Shown piece after piece: positions 10,693-23,457 of a stretch of 64,000 nucleotides of DNA (position 1 is the first letter of the stretch; every line of letters begins with the position of its first letter). The notes under the pieces were generated by a model. That model was not told the DNA's origin, made no database searches, and saw only the letters and a program-made list of their open reading frames with translations. Both the position numbers and the translations under genes were made by a program. The DNA lies in assembly GCA_037447605.1 (NCBI GenBank), contig CM074806.1, positions 2,790,001 to 2,854,000 of the forward strand, read 5' to 3'. The DNA comes from Zygnema circumcarinatum SAG 698-1b. Lineage: Eukaryota; Plantae; Zygnematophyceae.

Positions 10693-13600
10693 TCACGAAT
10701 CCCTCTCATTCGCCGCCTTCACCGCCGCCGGCAACTCCTCCTCCATGCCAATGAGAGGCTCATCCCGATACTCAAACAGGGAACTTGTCTCCGATCGGAC
10801 CACCGCGACTGTGAGAACGCCCAAAAGGATGGAGGGTACCAAGTAGAGCAGAGCGGGCTGGGCTGCTCTCGTAGCCGTGTTAATCCCTGCGGCGCAACCG
10901 AGAAACAATTATTTCCATAGATAAAAACCTACAGCTGCAGTCTTGCCACAAACAATCAATGCAGGGCGGCTTACCAATAGTGAGGCCAAGTCCCACCAAG
11001 TAGGCGACAATTGCCGCATTGAAATAGGACTTGTCAGCTGCTGCCCCTCCTCCCACTAACTTCATCTTCACAGGAGTCTCGTCACCACTAGGGGAGGGAG
11101 AGGCTGTCAGCTGACGCCATCTAGACCGGTCAAAACGGAGCATGAGGGCTATAAGGAGGCCCGGGGCCGCAAGGTCGCCAAGTCCGAGAATGCTGTAAGG
11201 GTTGGGGGAGTTTGCCTACAAGAAGATTCCTTACAATATGGAGTTAGAAGGGTTTATAGGATCTTCGTCAAATTGCAGTACTGGCAGAGAGAGAGTTGAT
11301 TGTTTCAACGGTCTCATTGGAAGACTTCGTGGCAACTCTTCCTGGTTTCTGATAAGTGTGGAAAGCCAATCGAGGAAGGAAGGTCACAAAGAGGCAGTCT
11401 CAGCTCACATTCCACTGTGGAAAGATGAGCTTCATGGGTCCATCCAATGCATCAGATGTCGCCACCTGTTCGTGATCAAGAAAGTTTCAAAAATCAGGAG
11501 GACAGACAGCAATGCAAGACAAGCACAACGGTTCTTTTTGGACAATCAGAATTAGTGTTTCAGATTCTTTCTTGGAATACAAGGTTCGAAACGAATCTCA
11601 CCGCCACCATCACATTGTCGCCAAACACTAGAGAGGACCCAAAAACCCAGAACACGTCGTATACAAGGAGTCCCCCAAGCATCGCAGCTGCAGTAAAAAA
11701 GCTGCCATTCACAGCAAAGAGATTTCCAAGTTGCTTAAACAAGCAAGTCAGGTGGTTACCTCACTTTTATAAAAGGCGTTCCTTAAGTCCGTCGGCTCTC
11801 GAGTATATCTGTACTCACAGTTTCGTTGCCCCAAACATCTTCTGATTAAGTTCCCTCGTGGAACAAAGGACTCACCTGCCAAGTGAAATGAGCTGTAGGA
11901 GTTCTGTCACGACAGCTACAGCCACGAAATTGCTGAGTGTGAATGGAGCTCCGGGTTGTCGGCTTCCAAGGGCCGCAAGAATGCCAACTGTTTCCACATG
12001 CAACATTACATTTGTGGGATTGATTGATACGTCGCAACCAATGAAGTCAAGTCAGATTTTGGGATTTCTAACCTCACTTCCCTCCTAAGGTTGATTGAGT
12101 TGATCCAGCAAACCACTCACCCTCAGTAGAAGCGCTATCTTGCAGAAACGCTTATCTCTAGACACCACCTCCCACAAAAAAAACAGGAAACTGATTGCAA
12201 AAACTGAACACAGAAGCACTTTGATTGCGATAACATCCGTAAATTAGGCCAAGGTGGTAACAACATTGGAACAGAAATCCTACATTGAAAAATGAAAATT
12301 GAAAACATGCATAAGCTGACCCTTGAAATGAAGCCTCGACAAACTCACTGGCTGCTGCGAGCACATCTGTGGGTGAAATGGTGACGTGCACACGTTCCCC
12401 ATCAACTGTTGCAAGCCACTCCGGTAGATCTGCATGCAGAGAACTGTAAGCCTCACAGTCAAAATGTAGCAAATAACTCAACAATGGAAAAGAAATAACA
12501 AGGTTGACCCAGAAGTTGCAACGGACAGTTTCATGCCTTGCACTCAGACGTCAGCATGACATTGCTTCTTACTTTTCCAAAAGCCAACGATTGTTTCCTG
12601 TGCTATCCTCTCCTTCCCTCCCCCACTCCCTCTAGTCATTCGCCTTCTTTTCTGTTCACCAATTAGCGATGGCAATAGTAGAACCAAACCCACCTATCCT
12701 CTGTGACCATTGTTCGAGTTGGGGTAGGCTTGCTTTTAGAGGATCGGACAAGTTGCTTCCAACAGCAAGTGCACCGACGAACGTGAGATATACAGAGATG
12801 AATGCCCCGAGGTTAAGGTCCGGAAAAAATCGTAAAAGGCAATAAAACCCAAATAAAGTGAAGGAACAAACAATAGGTACAGCGAAGCTTTGTTGGAGGG
12901 TGATCTTTTGAGCTTGTCGCTGCTTCAAACTGCAAACAGCTCCCTCCCCCCACTTGTTTAAAGAACCTTCTTTTTTCCAACGAAGGTATAATTCACTGAG
13001 AAAAGAGATCCAAGAGCGAAAAAAAAAAAAACGAGGTAGAAGGCAGGCATTCAAAATGGATGGACGGAACTAGAGTGAGTCTAATTGTCAGTAATTCACC
13101 TTCGATGACTGCCAACATAGATAGCCCAAATGGCGAGAGCGGTGAAGTAGACTGAAGCCGACCATGGAAACCGAGGGAGAATTGGAACTATAGGGATAGA
13201 CGCAATGATCAGGGCAAAGGCAATCTGCACAACCCAAAAGTGATATCGATTTCAGGCGGTTTCTAGTGTCCACAGCATTACTTTTGCAGAGTCTAGTCCT
13301 TCACTCTTTTTACGATGCAGTTTGATTAGCATTTGAAGCTCCAATTCAGAGTAAGTAAACAAATGTCCAATCCTCCATAAGTAATATTGAGACTATTTTA
13401 AAGAATGAGCTCATGAAATATACGGGAAATCCTTTCCAACCTTTGTGGCATAAAAGCACAACCAAGGACTCTCGTAAGCTTCATCAGTCCAATTGAACCA
13501 TAAAATTAAGAAATGCAAAAACCAACAGTAAACTGAGCACCCTTAAGTGATTCGACTTCAAAATTCTCCTGGCACCAACCCACTCACTCACTCACTCTTC

Positions 13601-14147
13601 CCCCCCCGCCTTTCTATCACATGCTATCAAGTCGAATTCCACCATCCTCTAACCCTTTAAGCCATTGAGCTGTCAATTTTCCATAAATTACCTGCGGACC
13701 CGTTCCTCGCGTCCAATCCGCCGGCCAATCACTGGCATTCACATCCTCCTCAAAATCTCCTCCAGACTTTGGCTCCTCTGAACTGAGACCTCCTCCATTC
13801 TGCTCCACTACTTCCAGCAGCTCGCCACGTGGTGGATCCACAAACCCCAATTCTCCTCCTCCGCTACGACCCACTTCCTCCCCTCCACTCGAAGCAACTC
13901 TAACTCTTCTGCAGCCGCCTTCCCTGCCCCTCCGCGGCGCAATAGACAGCTGTCTGGGTCTCAAACGATACTCTAAGCCGCTTTCCTGACCGTGGACTGC
14001 CCTCCTGAAGCTTTTATTTTCCAAATGCACACCCATGGGAGGGGTCGTAGCGACTTTCAAGAGCATGCTTGCACTCGTACTTCTGTGCTGCTCCAAGCAG
14101 CCATGTACTCCTGCCAAAGAGAGGGCGGCCTTTCCCGCAGAAGCCAT
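10693..14147 (-). CDS. Signal peptide peptidase-like intramembrane aspartyl protease (peptidase A22B) with a transit-peptide-like N-terminus
   Basis: All three family motifs are present after splicing: LLVYDVFWVF (~11640-11665), YSILGLGDLAAPG (~11160-11200) and QPALLYLVP (~10835-10865). Exon 1 is 14147-13692, and later exons include 13224-13100 and 12432-12353. Confidence 0.88.
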
Positions 14148-14850
14148 ATCTGAGGACGAAGGCCCGGAGAGCGAGCAAGAAGCTCGCACTGTGGGAGGAG
14201 GATTCGAAGAGAGACGGAGGCAAGTGGGGGAGGAGGAGGGGGTCTTTCCTCCGTGCGCCACGTAGCACTGTTCAGCTCCAAGAAGGCGCCACGTGGCTTT
14301 GCTTCAAGGAGCGAATGTCCCACGCTTAACAGGCATCACATGTCACATGGGCCGTTGCACGAGGACCGTTCCATGCGCAGAATTTTTTCTACTTGCTTAG
14401 AGGATCCAATGCTTTCCTTTTCAGATCAACGTGTCTGCCCTCGACATGTGCTTCACAAGTTAAATGTAAAGTTGGCAAAAGTGAAAAAGAAAGTCTGCAC
14501 TTGCATGGAAGCGAAGGATGTGCCAATCCTCATCAGAGGGCAGTGGAGGCAAAGCACGCAGCAAAGCAACGAACGCTTCATCGTCATATTATTTCGGCGC
14601 CGGAGGGTCCGGCCTTTACAAAAGTTTGCCGAGATACAAAAATATGGAGTGCCAATCATATCGTAAAGACCTCTTTTAAAAAATGTAATATAAAAGATGA
14701 TGCCAAGACTAACAGTACAGTTAAGCGGCTGTCCTGCTTCAGCTACATAACATGATGAGAAGTGAAACGAAAGGAACGAAAATATAGATAATTGCAACAG
14801 ACATTTGAACCGCCCTGACTCTGAAAGTCAAAATGTCGCACATAATTACA

Positions 14851-17800
14851 CTAACGATGACTATATTCAGGGTATGGATTCGGAGCCGGCCAGTATGGGC
14901 TCGTGTTGGGCTGCCCATACTGGGTGCTTCTATTATCTGCCGCAGACTGATGAGCTGCTGCATAACTGCCCGGCGGTGGCATGGAACCGGGACCTGAACC
15001 AAAAACAAAGGACTGGTAGCTACCCTGCTTGTGCGGCTGCTCATATCCCGAAATGTGGTAGGGACTCGAGCCATAGCTCACTTGCTGGAAAGCTTCCGGG
15101 TGGGAACAGTACTCTTGCGGCGGATATCCAGGAGGAGGTGGCGAGGGATAAGGCGAGGAAGGTGGAGGAGGAAGGTATGAAGAGGAGGAAGAATGAGGAT
15201 AGTGAGTATTGGGGTAGTGAGAGTAGGAGGGGGGTGGGTTTTGGGAGGAATTATAGGGGGGGCGGTACTCTGAGGGCCCTGTATTTGAGCTAGAGACTTG
15301 AGGAGGAGGAAAAGAACCTTGAAACGCGTTCGAGCTACTTTCTGAAGATGAGAGGAAAGACTGAGGAGATCTTTCGCGCTGAAATGTCAGATTTCTAGAG
15401 TCAGCAGACCCGCTGCTGTTCGTGAAATTGGAGGGATTATGCACATAAGCTTCCCTTGTCCAGGCTTGGTCCATATGCGTGCTCGGTCTGTCACGTGAAT
15501 CATACCGAGTTCCCACTGCAGGAGTTGAAGTTTGGTTGCTTCGCAAGAAGTCCTGGGCAGAGGACAAGGGCAAGCCATCTCCACCATCTCTTTTCGCTTC
15601 AGTGAAGGTGTCAGTCTTTGGGGTCCAGCTCCGTTCAAAGTTTGCGTTAGGGTTGAGGGCAGACGGTGGTAGCGGCCCTGATCTTGATATCGATGAATCA
15701 TTTGTCGAGAGATATGCGAATGGAACTTCCAGTCCTGTCTCTTGGGGAACACCATGTTGTGGAAAACTCCGAGAAGGCGACATTCCTGGTGGGGCAGGTG
15801 GAGCAGAGGGCTGCACATTCGTATTCTGAGAACATAGGCAAGCAGCATGTTAGCTGAGGGTTAGTGTCTTGTTCAATATCGTAACATATTCCAAGAGACA
15901 TAATGACAGCAATTGTCAATGGTGAAGGGGCCCAGGCGAGAAATCGGGGGTGGGGGGGAGGGACATGAAAAAGCTACGAACCCAAACGATTCTACTTCTT
16001 CTTTTTGTCAAATTTCCTCTTCCATAGGAACAAGTGCCTCATCAACACCATCGCAGTTACAACCACCCCGCTGACTGGACATTCAAGTTCCTCCCTTTCT
16101 TGCTGCCTGACATTCCACTGAGATTGCCAACTTCACTCCTTCCACAATCCACCAGCTCTCACTCTTGCCTCTCGGCTGTCATCGTGCTTCCAACAGAGCG
16201 TTTACTTGCCTTTTTGTGAATCTAGGACAGTATGAGTTACAGAACAAAGGTGAATGGATTTACCTGAGCCTGTCTTTGTGGAGACTTTCCAAACGGTTCA
16301 CTCCCATTCCCTTGACACCAACTCAAATTTCCGGAAGCGTTGGCATCCATCATGTGACCAATTGGGCCAGCTCTGTGAAGGGGATTGCCGCCGTCTCCAG
16401 GTATACTGGCCCCGAAATTCTCATTCTCCCAAGGTTTGCCAGCTGGTGGGGTTCTCGGCATGTCATATGTTCCTGGAGGTCGCTGAGGAAGCATGCCGGG
16501 TAAAGGTCCGGATGCCACGTTGCTACTCTTCCTTGGCCCAAATTCTGAACCCTCCCAATTCCCAGGCAAGGACAGTGAGGCTCCATAATACAGTCCACCA
16601 GCTGTTGCCCACTGATTTGTTGAACCTTCAGACAGAAACAATTTCACCTTCCCCTTCGCAACTGTTGGATTTGCCCAGGAAGCTGACTGGTTGTGCTAGC
16701 TGGACGCATCTCAGAATAACCACCAAAATCAGGTCATGCAGACTCTTTAGAAAACAAATGTCCCTTCTCAGCATGTAAGGACAAAAAGGCATTGTGCAAT
16801 GACATACCAGAAGGAACGTTGATCACCCCGTTGCCCTCCGTTGGTTGAACATTTGAGAAAGTCCCTACTTTATAAGGAAGAGTACTAGTCGAAACATTTG
16901 ATTCCAACCAGTTGGCGTAGCCTCCCGCGACATTCTGACTGACTGAGTCTCCGCCACCATCACGATAAGTTGGCAAATGATCGAAAGTCGTTCTAGTTTC
17001 CAAACCAGAACAACCTTCAGATTTGTATTCATCAGGACCTGGGATATGACCTGCAGGCCCTGAATTATTGTGCTTCCAGACATCTTCTGCAAAGTTCTGA
17101 CTTGTTCCAAACTCCTGTGCAGCTAGACTCTGGGGACGGAAGCTAGAATAGCCCCTATCAGAAGCACTGCAGGAAGATACGCGAGAAGCCTGATGGGGTT
17201 CATTGCTCAGTCCACGTGAGGCAGGAGCGCTGTCAAAGCCGCCAATGGAACCGTAAAGACCCTTGTTGTAGCCAGAAGGCAAAGGCCCGGAGTGAAAGTC
17301 GACAGATGGTGGAGCAGTAGGCGAAGGCGGGGCTGAGCCGTAGCTTGTTGAACCTGTTAACCTGTTTGCGCGGCGTGACACTTCAGGAAAAGGAAAGTTA
17401 TTTGCTGTTGAACTGTCAGGCGCCAGGGCCTCAGATGATTCTTCCGTTGCATAGCTCCCGATGGACGAAATAGAAGGATAGACTCCGACAATGGGAATTG
17501 GAGGAGGGGGCTCGCTTTGTGGGAGACATGGACGCTCTGGATTTGAACCCGGCTGCAGTGGAGGCTTGAATGGTGGACCATTTGCGGCGGCCGCATTCTT
17601 AATACCATTTTCGTTTGAGGACGGAAGCAACCCAGAATCCGGAATGTATTTTAGCTTTAAGGTTATGAATCCATGTTGCCTTCCCTTGGAAGAAAGCACC
17701 GCATAGGATCCTTCAGATTTTCCTGCGTGGTAGACAGCATTAAGAGGCACATCGAGCCCACCAATAGATCCGTCAACAAGAACATTCTCATTCATGATCT

Positions 17801-18011
17801 CAACGCGAAGAAAATCCTCTCCTGCGCACGGCACGGAAATCGTCTGATTCCACTGCGGGTCTGAGCCGCCATCCTTGTGCGTCCGAGTCTTAGCCTCCTT
17901 CTTTCCAAGACGCAGAACCGCATAGGGGTCCTGCACGCCAAACTGCTGCTTCTTCTTGAGACCCTTGGCGCCCACGCAAGTCACTTCCAAATATCCGCTC
18001 CCCGGTTTCAT
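14851..18011 (-). CDS. C2 (CaLB) domain protein with a long Pro/Ser/Gly/Tyr-rich disordered tail; 3 exons (18011-16808, 16625-16264, 15810-14851)
   Basis: N-terminal C2 domain (YLEVTCVGAKGL...QDPYAVLRLG...KTRTHKDGGSDPQWNQT...GFITLKLKY). Two phase-compatible GT-AG introns join it to the Pro-rich ORFs. Confidence 0.82.
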
Positions 18012-18263
18012 CCGCAGAAGGGCTTGCAGGGGACCCAGCAAAAGGCGATGCGGGCAGGCGGAGGCGGATGCGCGCTTCCTTCACGCGAGGCTGGCTGCCT
18101 GGCTGGCTCAGGCTGCCTCTTCCCGCCTCCACTCGTCCCTGCCTCCCACCCTTCCGCCACTGCAGGGCTCCAGCCACAAGGGCGGGGCGGGGCGGGGCGT
18201 GACGGGACGGGACGGGACGGGGCCGCGCGTCGCGCGTCCGACAAGAGATGCCAACGCGTTTTC

Positions 18264-18435
18264 AGTACGTCCGTACGGCGGCGCGGGCGGGCGGGCAGAA
18301 GTCAACGCGGCGCGGGCGAGGGAGGGAGGGAGGCGCCACGTGGGCCGGGCGGTCCGCGGGGGGCCCGTCCATGCGGAGAGGTTCTACTGGATCTGAACTG
18401 GTGCCGAGGGTTGAAGTGCATGGAGCCGCGTGGCG

Positions 18436-18483
<48 letters not shown>

Positions 18484-19452
18484 CGGTCATTATTTTGTTG
18501 CCAGCGCCACAACAGGCGGGCGGGCGGGCGCGCGCCTGAATGGGGCAGGCCGGCAGGCGCCCCGAGAGAGAGAGAGCGTCGCTCTCAGAGCGAGAGAGCG
18601 GCCGCCAAGGGGCGCTCCAGGTCCAAGGGGAGGCCGGACAGGTGCGGGATGTACGGACGTGTACGAACGCGTCCCGCGGCAGTCACAGGCCGCAAAGCAA
18701 GTACTGTATGGAACCGTACGGTGCTGGCGTGGAAGGCCAAGTGAGCGGCGAGTCTGACGCGTGGCCAAAACGACAAGATGCGGGATGTCCGGTCCGTGAG
18801 GCATCCCTTGTCATTAGTATCAATTCCACGTCCCGCTTCCTTCTTGTCATATCGACTCCAAGTCGTGAAGAATTCAAAAATCAAAGTAGTTCAAACAAAC
18901 AAGCTCACCTCATTGTTGTAAACTCAGATAGTTACACGGTTTACCCCAAATAGGGGGGGTCAGACTTGGAGATTTTGATACGGAACTTGTTCTGAAAGAA
19001 GACACTTCAGATCTCGAATTAAAATCATAAATAATTTTATCTCAACATATAAAAAAACGAAACAGTGTGCAGCAGGGAATTCTCTTTTGAAATCTCAGAA
19101 ATATTTTCATCTTTAGGGCGGTTCTAAGCAGACTCCATTCATCATGGGCGACGGCTTGTCGGCACGCCGCGACGATCCTCCACGTCGCGGAGCGGGGGAG
19201 TGCGAGGCGAGCAGAGCGCCGGCCTTGCTTGCGCTCGCGAACTGATGGACCCCGCCATGCCATGGCCCTCTGAAGGCCCAGTCCATTTCCTCTTTCTTTC
19301 GTGCTGAAAGCTGACCAGCTACGCTGCGCGCCGCGAAGTACGGCACGGTACGGTTCATTCCTTTGGGTTTCCCACTGCCGTACCGTATCGCCGCAAGTCA
19401 GCCATGTCATGAGTCCATGACGCGTGCCACAATGACGCTCTGTCGTACGGCA
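18264..19452. promoter_or_regulatory. GC-rich divergent promoter region (C2 gene / GT61-1) with clustered CCGTAC/GTACGG motifs
   Basis: GTAC-core sites at ~18264, 18271, 18651, 18661, 18701, 18715, 19338, 19347, 19378 and 19444, plus a G-box gccacgtgg at ~18335. The region lies between two divergent start codons (18011 and 19706). Confidence 0.4.
18436..18483 (+). repeat. (GGCT)12 microsatellite
   Basis: Twelve perfect GGCT units read directly from the sequence. Confidence 0.95.
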
Positions 19453-19705
19453 AGTAGAGCCATCCGTATGAATCATACGGACACCCTCCGTCCCCGCGCA
19501 GTGGTCGCCGCCGCGGGCGGGCGCTACAACGAGAGAGTGGGAGAGAGCAGAGGATGTGGCATGGATCTCGCGATGGCGATGATGCCATCGGATGTGCATG
19601 GACACAATCAGCGTGGGGAACCACGATGGCCGCTAAGGACCTAAGGACAATCAGAAAGAAGCTGTGAGCAGCAAGCTACGCCAGAAAGGAGAAAGGAGCC
19701 CTGCC

Positions 19706-22700
19706 ATGGGCAGGCTGGGGCAAGCCCGCCATGGTGTCCGGCCGCCGGAGATTCTGCGGCTGCTGTGCTGCGCGGCCGCCGTCGCTGCTGCTGCTGCTGC
19801 CTACTCCACCAAAGGTCGTGGAAGCTCGGAGCCGTGGCTGGATGCAACTACAGAGCAGGAGCCGTCTTTAGCGAGCAGTGTATATGCAACATTGTTGCGG
19901 CCTGGCAGCCATGGCGGCCGCGAGGAGGAATATGTGGAGCCCGTTAGGTCCCGGATGGCGAAGGAGGTTCCTCCTTTTCTGGAGCGTAGTGCTCCTAGTG
20001 AGTCGCAAGGGAGGGAAGCATCTTCGACAGGCACGGAGGGGAGGAGCGAAGGGCAGGAGGAGCGCGCTCCGGTGCCAAGGCCTGCAGGGACCTGTAGCTG
20101 CTACAACCGAGGTGCAAAAGGCTGTGGCCGACACTGCAGGCGGAGCACCTGCGTGTGCCACCTGGTATGCCTTTATGGGAAGAAGATCGTGCAGTTCGGT
20201 TCAGAATGCTCAGACCCCGTTCTGCCAGATCAAGGTAGAATCCCTAATTTATTGGAAGGACTGCTGCAGGGTACTGCAGCACGACTGACCACTAATGGAT
20301 CATCAATAATCGTTTCATTTTCCTTTTCTTCTTCATGTTTCATAGAGTATGAGTCATTCATTGATGGGAAAGTACACACACTCCAGCAGATGAAGGAGAT
20401 CCGCTGATTTCCTGTCCAACCATGAAAGACATAGTGACTGTCGTTTAGCATTGCAAGCCATTGCTATCACCTTTCGTAGTCCTTCCAACAGCTCCTTTCA
20501 GATGACCACCGCCACTCTTTGCCTGTGCCTAGCATGTCAGTTATGTGACACCGACGCTCGTAATGCTATTCCTCAGCTGCTGCATTTGCAGGCTGACTCT
20601 CGGCCTGCTTATTACATGCAGGAAGCGCTCTGCAGCCGTTGAGCTGTTCTTCCGAGTCATTCCCGGGGAGACTGAAAAGAACTCTGGGGTCACTCTGGGG
20701 CTACCAGCTGCTTCAAAAAACCACGGACTGGCTGATTACGCGGCAGAGGTGTGGCTCACTCTCTAGCACATTCAATGTGCTTAAAATTTTTTGCAGCTTT
20801 TTTTCCACTTTTCTGGCTGCATTAAGCCTGTCATATTTATCAACTATGCGGTATGGGGCTCTGTACAGCATCACTTGGCTGAACGGCACCACCTCAATCT
20901 CATCCTTGGACCCATCTGCTGTCAACGTGTACCACCTGATGAACCAGGTGTTGGCTTGGACGTATTTCAACAATTTTTCGGATGCGGGTCTGCCCTATTC
21001 TGTCTCCAGGTGAGTTACAAGAGGCAGGGGTTTCTCTACTGTCGTCAATCCAATGGGCTTACGGTTTGACAATGTCATGTTTATTCTTTCTCGCTCGGAC
21101 GTTTTCCAAATGAATTGCGATTTAAAAGGTGGCGATATATGATCTAAGCCACTCAGGCACGTGGAAATGCAGAATGATCATCAACCGGAGCAAACCCGTT
21201 GAGAACCTGCTGAAGACGGGGGGCCCAAGCACGCAGCACGCCGTCATATTGCATGCTCTCCTTAGTGGCATTTTCGGCGAAGGCAGTAAGCTTTTCTTGC
21301 TACACGCCTGATCAGGCGTTCCCTGATGAACCCATACTACTTTCCTATGCTGGTCCTCAAATAGCCTGAAGCGTAGAATACCTTCGTGTATGAGAGCTTT
21401 CGGAGGGTTCTGCGAAAAGAGCTGAAGGAGGATGCTTTTACGTCAGGAATACATTTGTATATCACTGCATGCTTCCTGAGATTCAGGCTCCTAGGGGTTT
21501 ATGTTTTCTACTTGCAGTGGCAACTGCATTTTTTGCCGTCCTTAAAAGGTCTACAGGCTGAAACAATGACTTTCCTAAGTGATTCTCTCCAAGGAATGGC
21601 TGGCAATAAATGCCAGTTGCTGAAGCCAATGAGAAACGAAAATGATTCTGAGGAGAAGAGGAAAAGCAAGGCTCCTCTGCTATGACCTTTTAGCTTTATC
21701 GTGATGCGTGCTCCGTCGTACATGGATGCGCAGATAGACGGAAAGAAAGCGCGTTGAGGATATTAAAGCGGCATCATGGCCTCTATGAAGGACGTGTTTT
21801 TTTTGAGGACAACTCGGACTTGGCGCAAGCAACTGAAGCGGATCCTATATGCTTTGATTCAGTAGTCATCCCCGGGGGAGTGAAGGTAGGTAAATCAACT
21901 CTGTGTGCTCAAATATCTTGGATTTAGATCGCTCGGGTTTCTGAATTTTTTGAGACAGATTCAACTATCCAAACTACTCTATTTTTGGTCAGCATCAGAA
22001 CTTATTTTGTGTCATACGCACACAAAGGAACATGACGATTGGAACAAGTCAAGGCTACATGTGAGAGTAACAGTTCTGTCGTCATATTGCAGGGTATTCT
22101 CTATGAAGGGGGCCGTCCAGCTGCCAACAAGTTTAAGGCTTATATCCGTCAGGTACTAAAACTAACAGTCTCGCCAGAAAATGCAGCCGAAGGACTAAAA
22201 CCGAAAATACTGTACGCAAAACGGAAATCAAATCACAAACGGGGCTTCAATCATACGGCTGAAAGGATCTTCCAAGGCCTCCTTTTGACACTCGAAGTTC
22301 CTGTTTGGACGGTAGATTTTGGGCGGATGACATTTTTGGAGCAGTTCAGAGCCGTGCAGTGGGCTGACATCGTCATCGGAATCCACGGTGCCAACTTGCT
22401 GAACCCGAGTCTGTTCATGCGGGAGGGAGCCATCCTGGCGGAGCTCTTTCCATGGCACTTTCTTTGGATGGGCTATGGCAACACCACCATGGCCCTGGGA
22501 GGCATCTACATGGGCTACATGCTCGACAGACCTCGAAAGACTCGTTTCAATGCTCCCATCCACGAGTGCTATCAGAATCCGCAGTGCTGGGGGAAGTACA
22601 GGGATGCGTACGGGCTGCCACTGTCAGAGCAAGACATACAAAAGATCAAGCAAATGTTAGTGAAAGCGATAGCAATTGCGATTGATATCATGAAGGCCAG

Positions 22701-22872
22701 AAGGAGTGGAGCTGAAGGTGACAGTTTGGAGGTGGACAGAAGCCTGCTTGATCGGCATCTACAAAGTGGATGCCTAGAGTATGACATGTTTGCCAAGATG
22801 GAATGGATGGGCTCTCTGAATGCGACCACGAAAGAGATGGAGTTCTGTGCATTTAGCAAGGAGAAGATTTAG
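19706..22872 (+). CDS. GT61-like (DUF563) glycosyltransferase, tandem copy 1; about 6 exons
   Basis: N-terminal hydrophobic stretch (LRLLCCAAAVAAAAAA) and a Cys-rich motif. The last exon carries TFLEQFRAVQWADIVIGIHGANLLNPSLFMREGAILAELFP, which fits the GT61 'Q..A..+IG.HGA.L.N..F' signature. Exon-by-exon homology to copy 2. Confidence 0.72.
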
Positions 22873-23369
22873 GCCTTGAGTGATTCGTTACTTAAATAGT
22901 TAGCCGGATTCTGACCCCTGTTGAAAATCTAAGTAGATAGCTGTTAAGGCGTTCAGTCGTTTTTCTTTCTTGACCTTTGAGGATTTGAATCTAGCCAGTC
23001 CACGAGTCTTCCTCCTGTCAGACGATCCCGCCGCGCAGGAAGATTACCGATGAATCTTTCACTGGTTTTTTGCTCGTGAAAAGTTGAGGCGTGATGTACA
23101 GTTGTACAGCGACAATAAATAATGAACTCCGCCACCTTCTCGTGGCTGCTTGCCTCGCAGACTCGCCCTTCATACCCACCATTCCACCTCCATTGCATGT
23201 CTCCCTCCAGCGCTAAATTCAAAGCAGAGAGTGCCCCCCCCCCAAAGTCATATCATCTATGGGAGCCCGTCCGTACGGCCGCCACTGTCCGTACAGCGCG
23301 GCACTCTCCAGCTCCAGCTCGGGTCGGCGGAAAGGAGGTGCGCGAAAAGCGTTGCGCAAGCAGGAAGAC

Positions 23370-23443
23370 GGGAGAGGGAGAGAGGGAGAGAGGGAGAGGG
23401 AGAGAGGGAGGGTGGGAGGGAGGGAGGGAGGGAGGGAGGGAGG
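23370..23443 (+). repeat. Polypurine (GGGA/GA)n tract just upstream of the GT61-2 start codon
   Basis: Seen directly. Similar GA/CT tracts flank other gene starts at ~43570-43860 and ~57290-57510. Confidence 0.85.
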
Positions 23444-23457
23444 ACAGGCCTGCGGAT

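Noticed and set aside
17877-18953. Many overlapping ORFs on both strands
   Set aside because: GC-rich promoter with microsatellites. The translations are low-complexity (WLAG repeats) with no recognisable domain.
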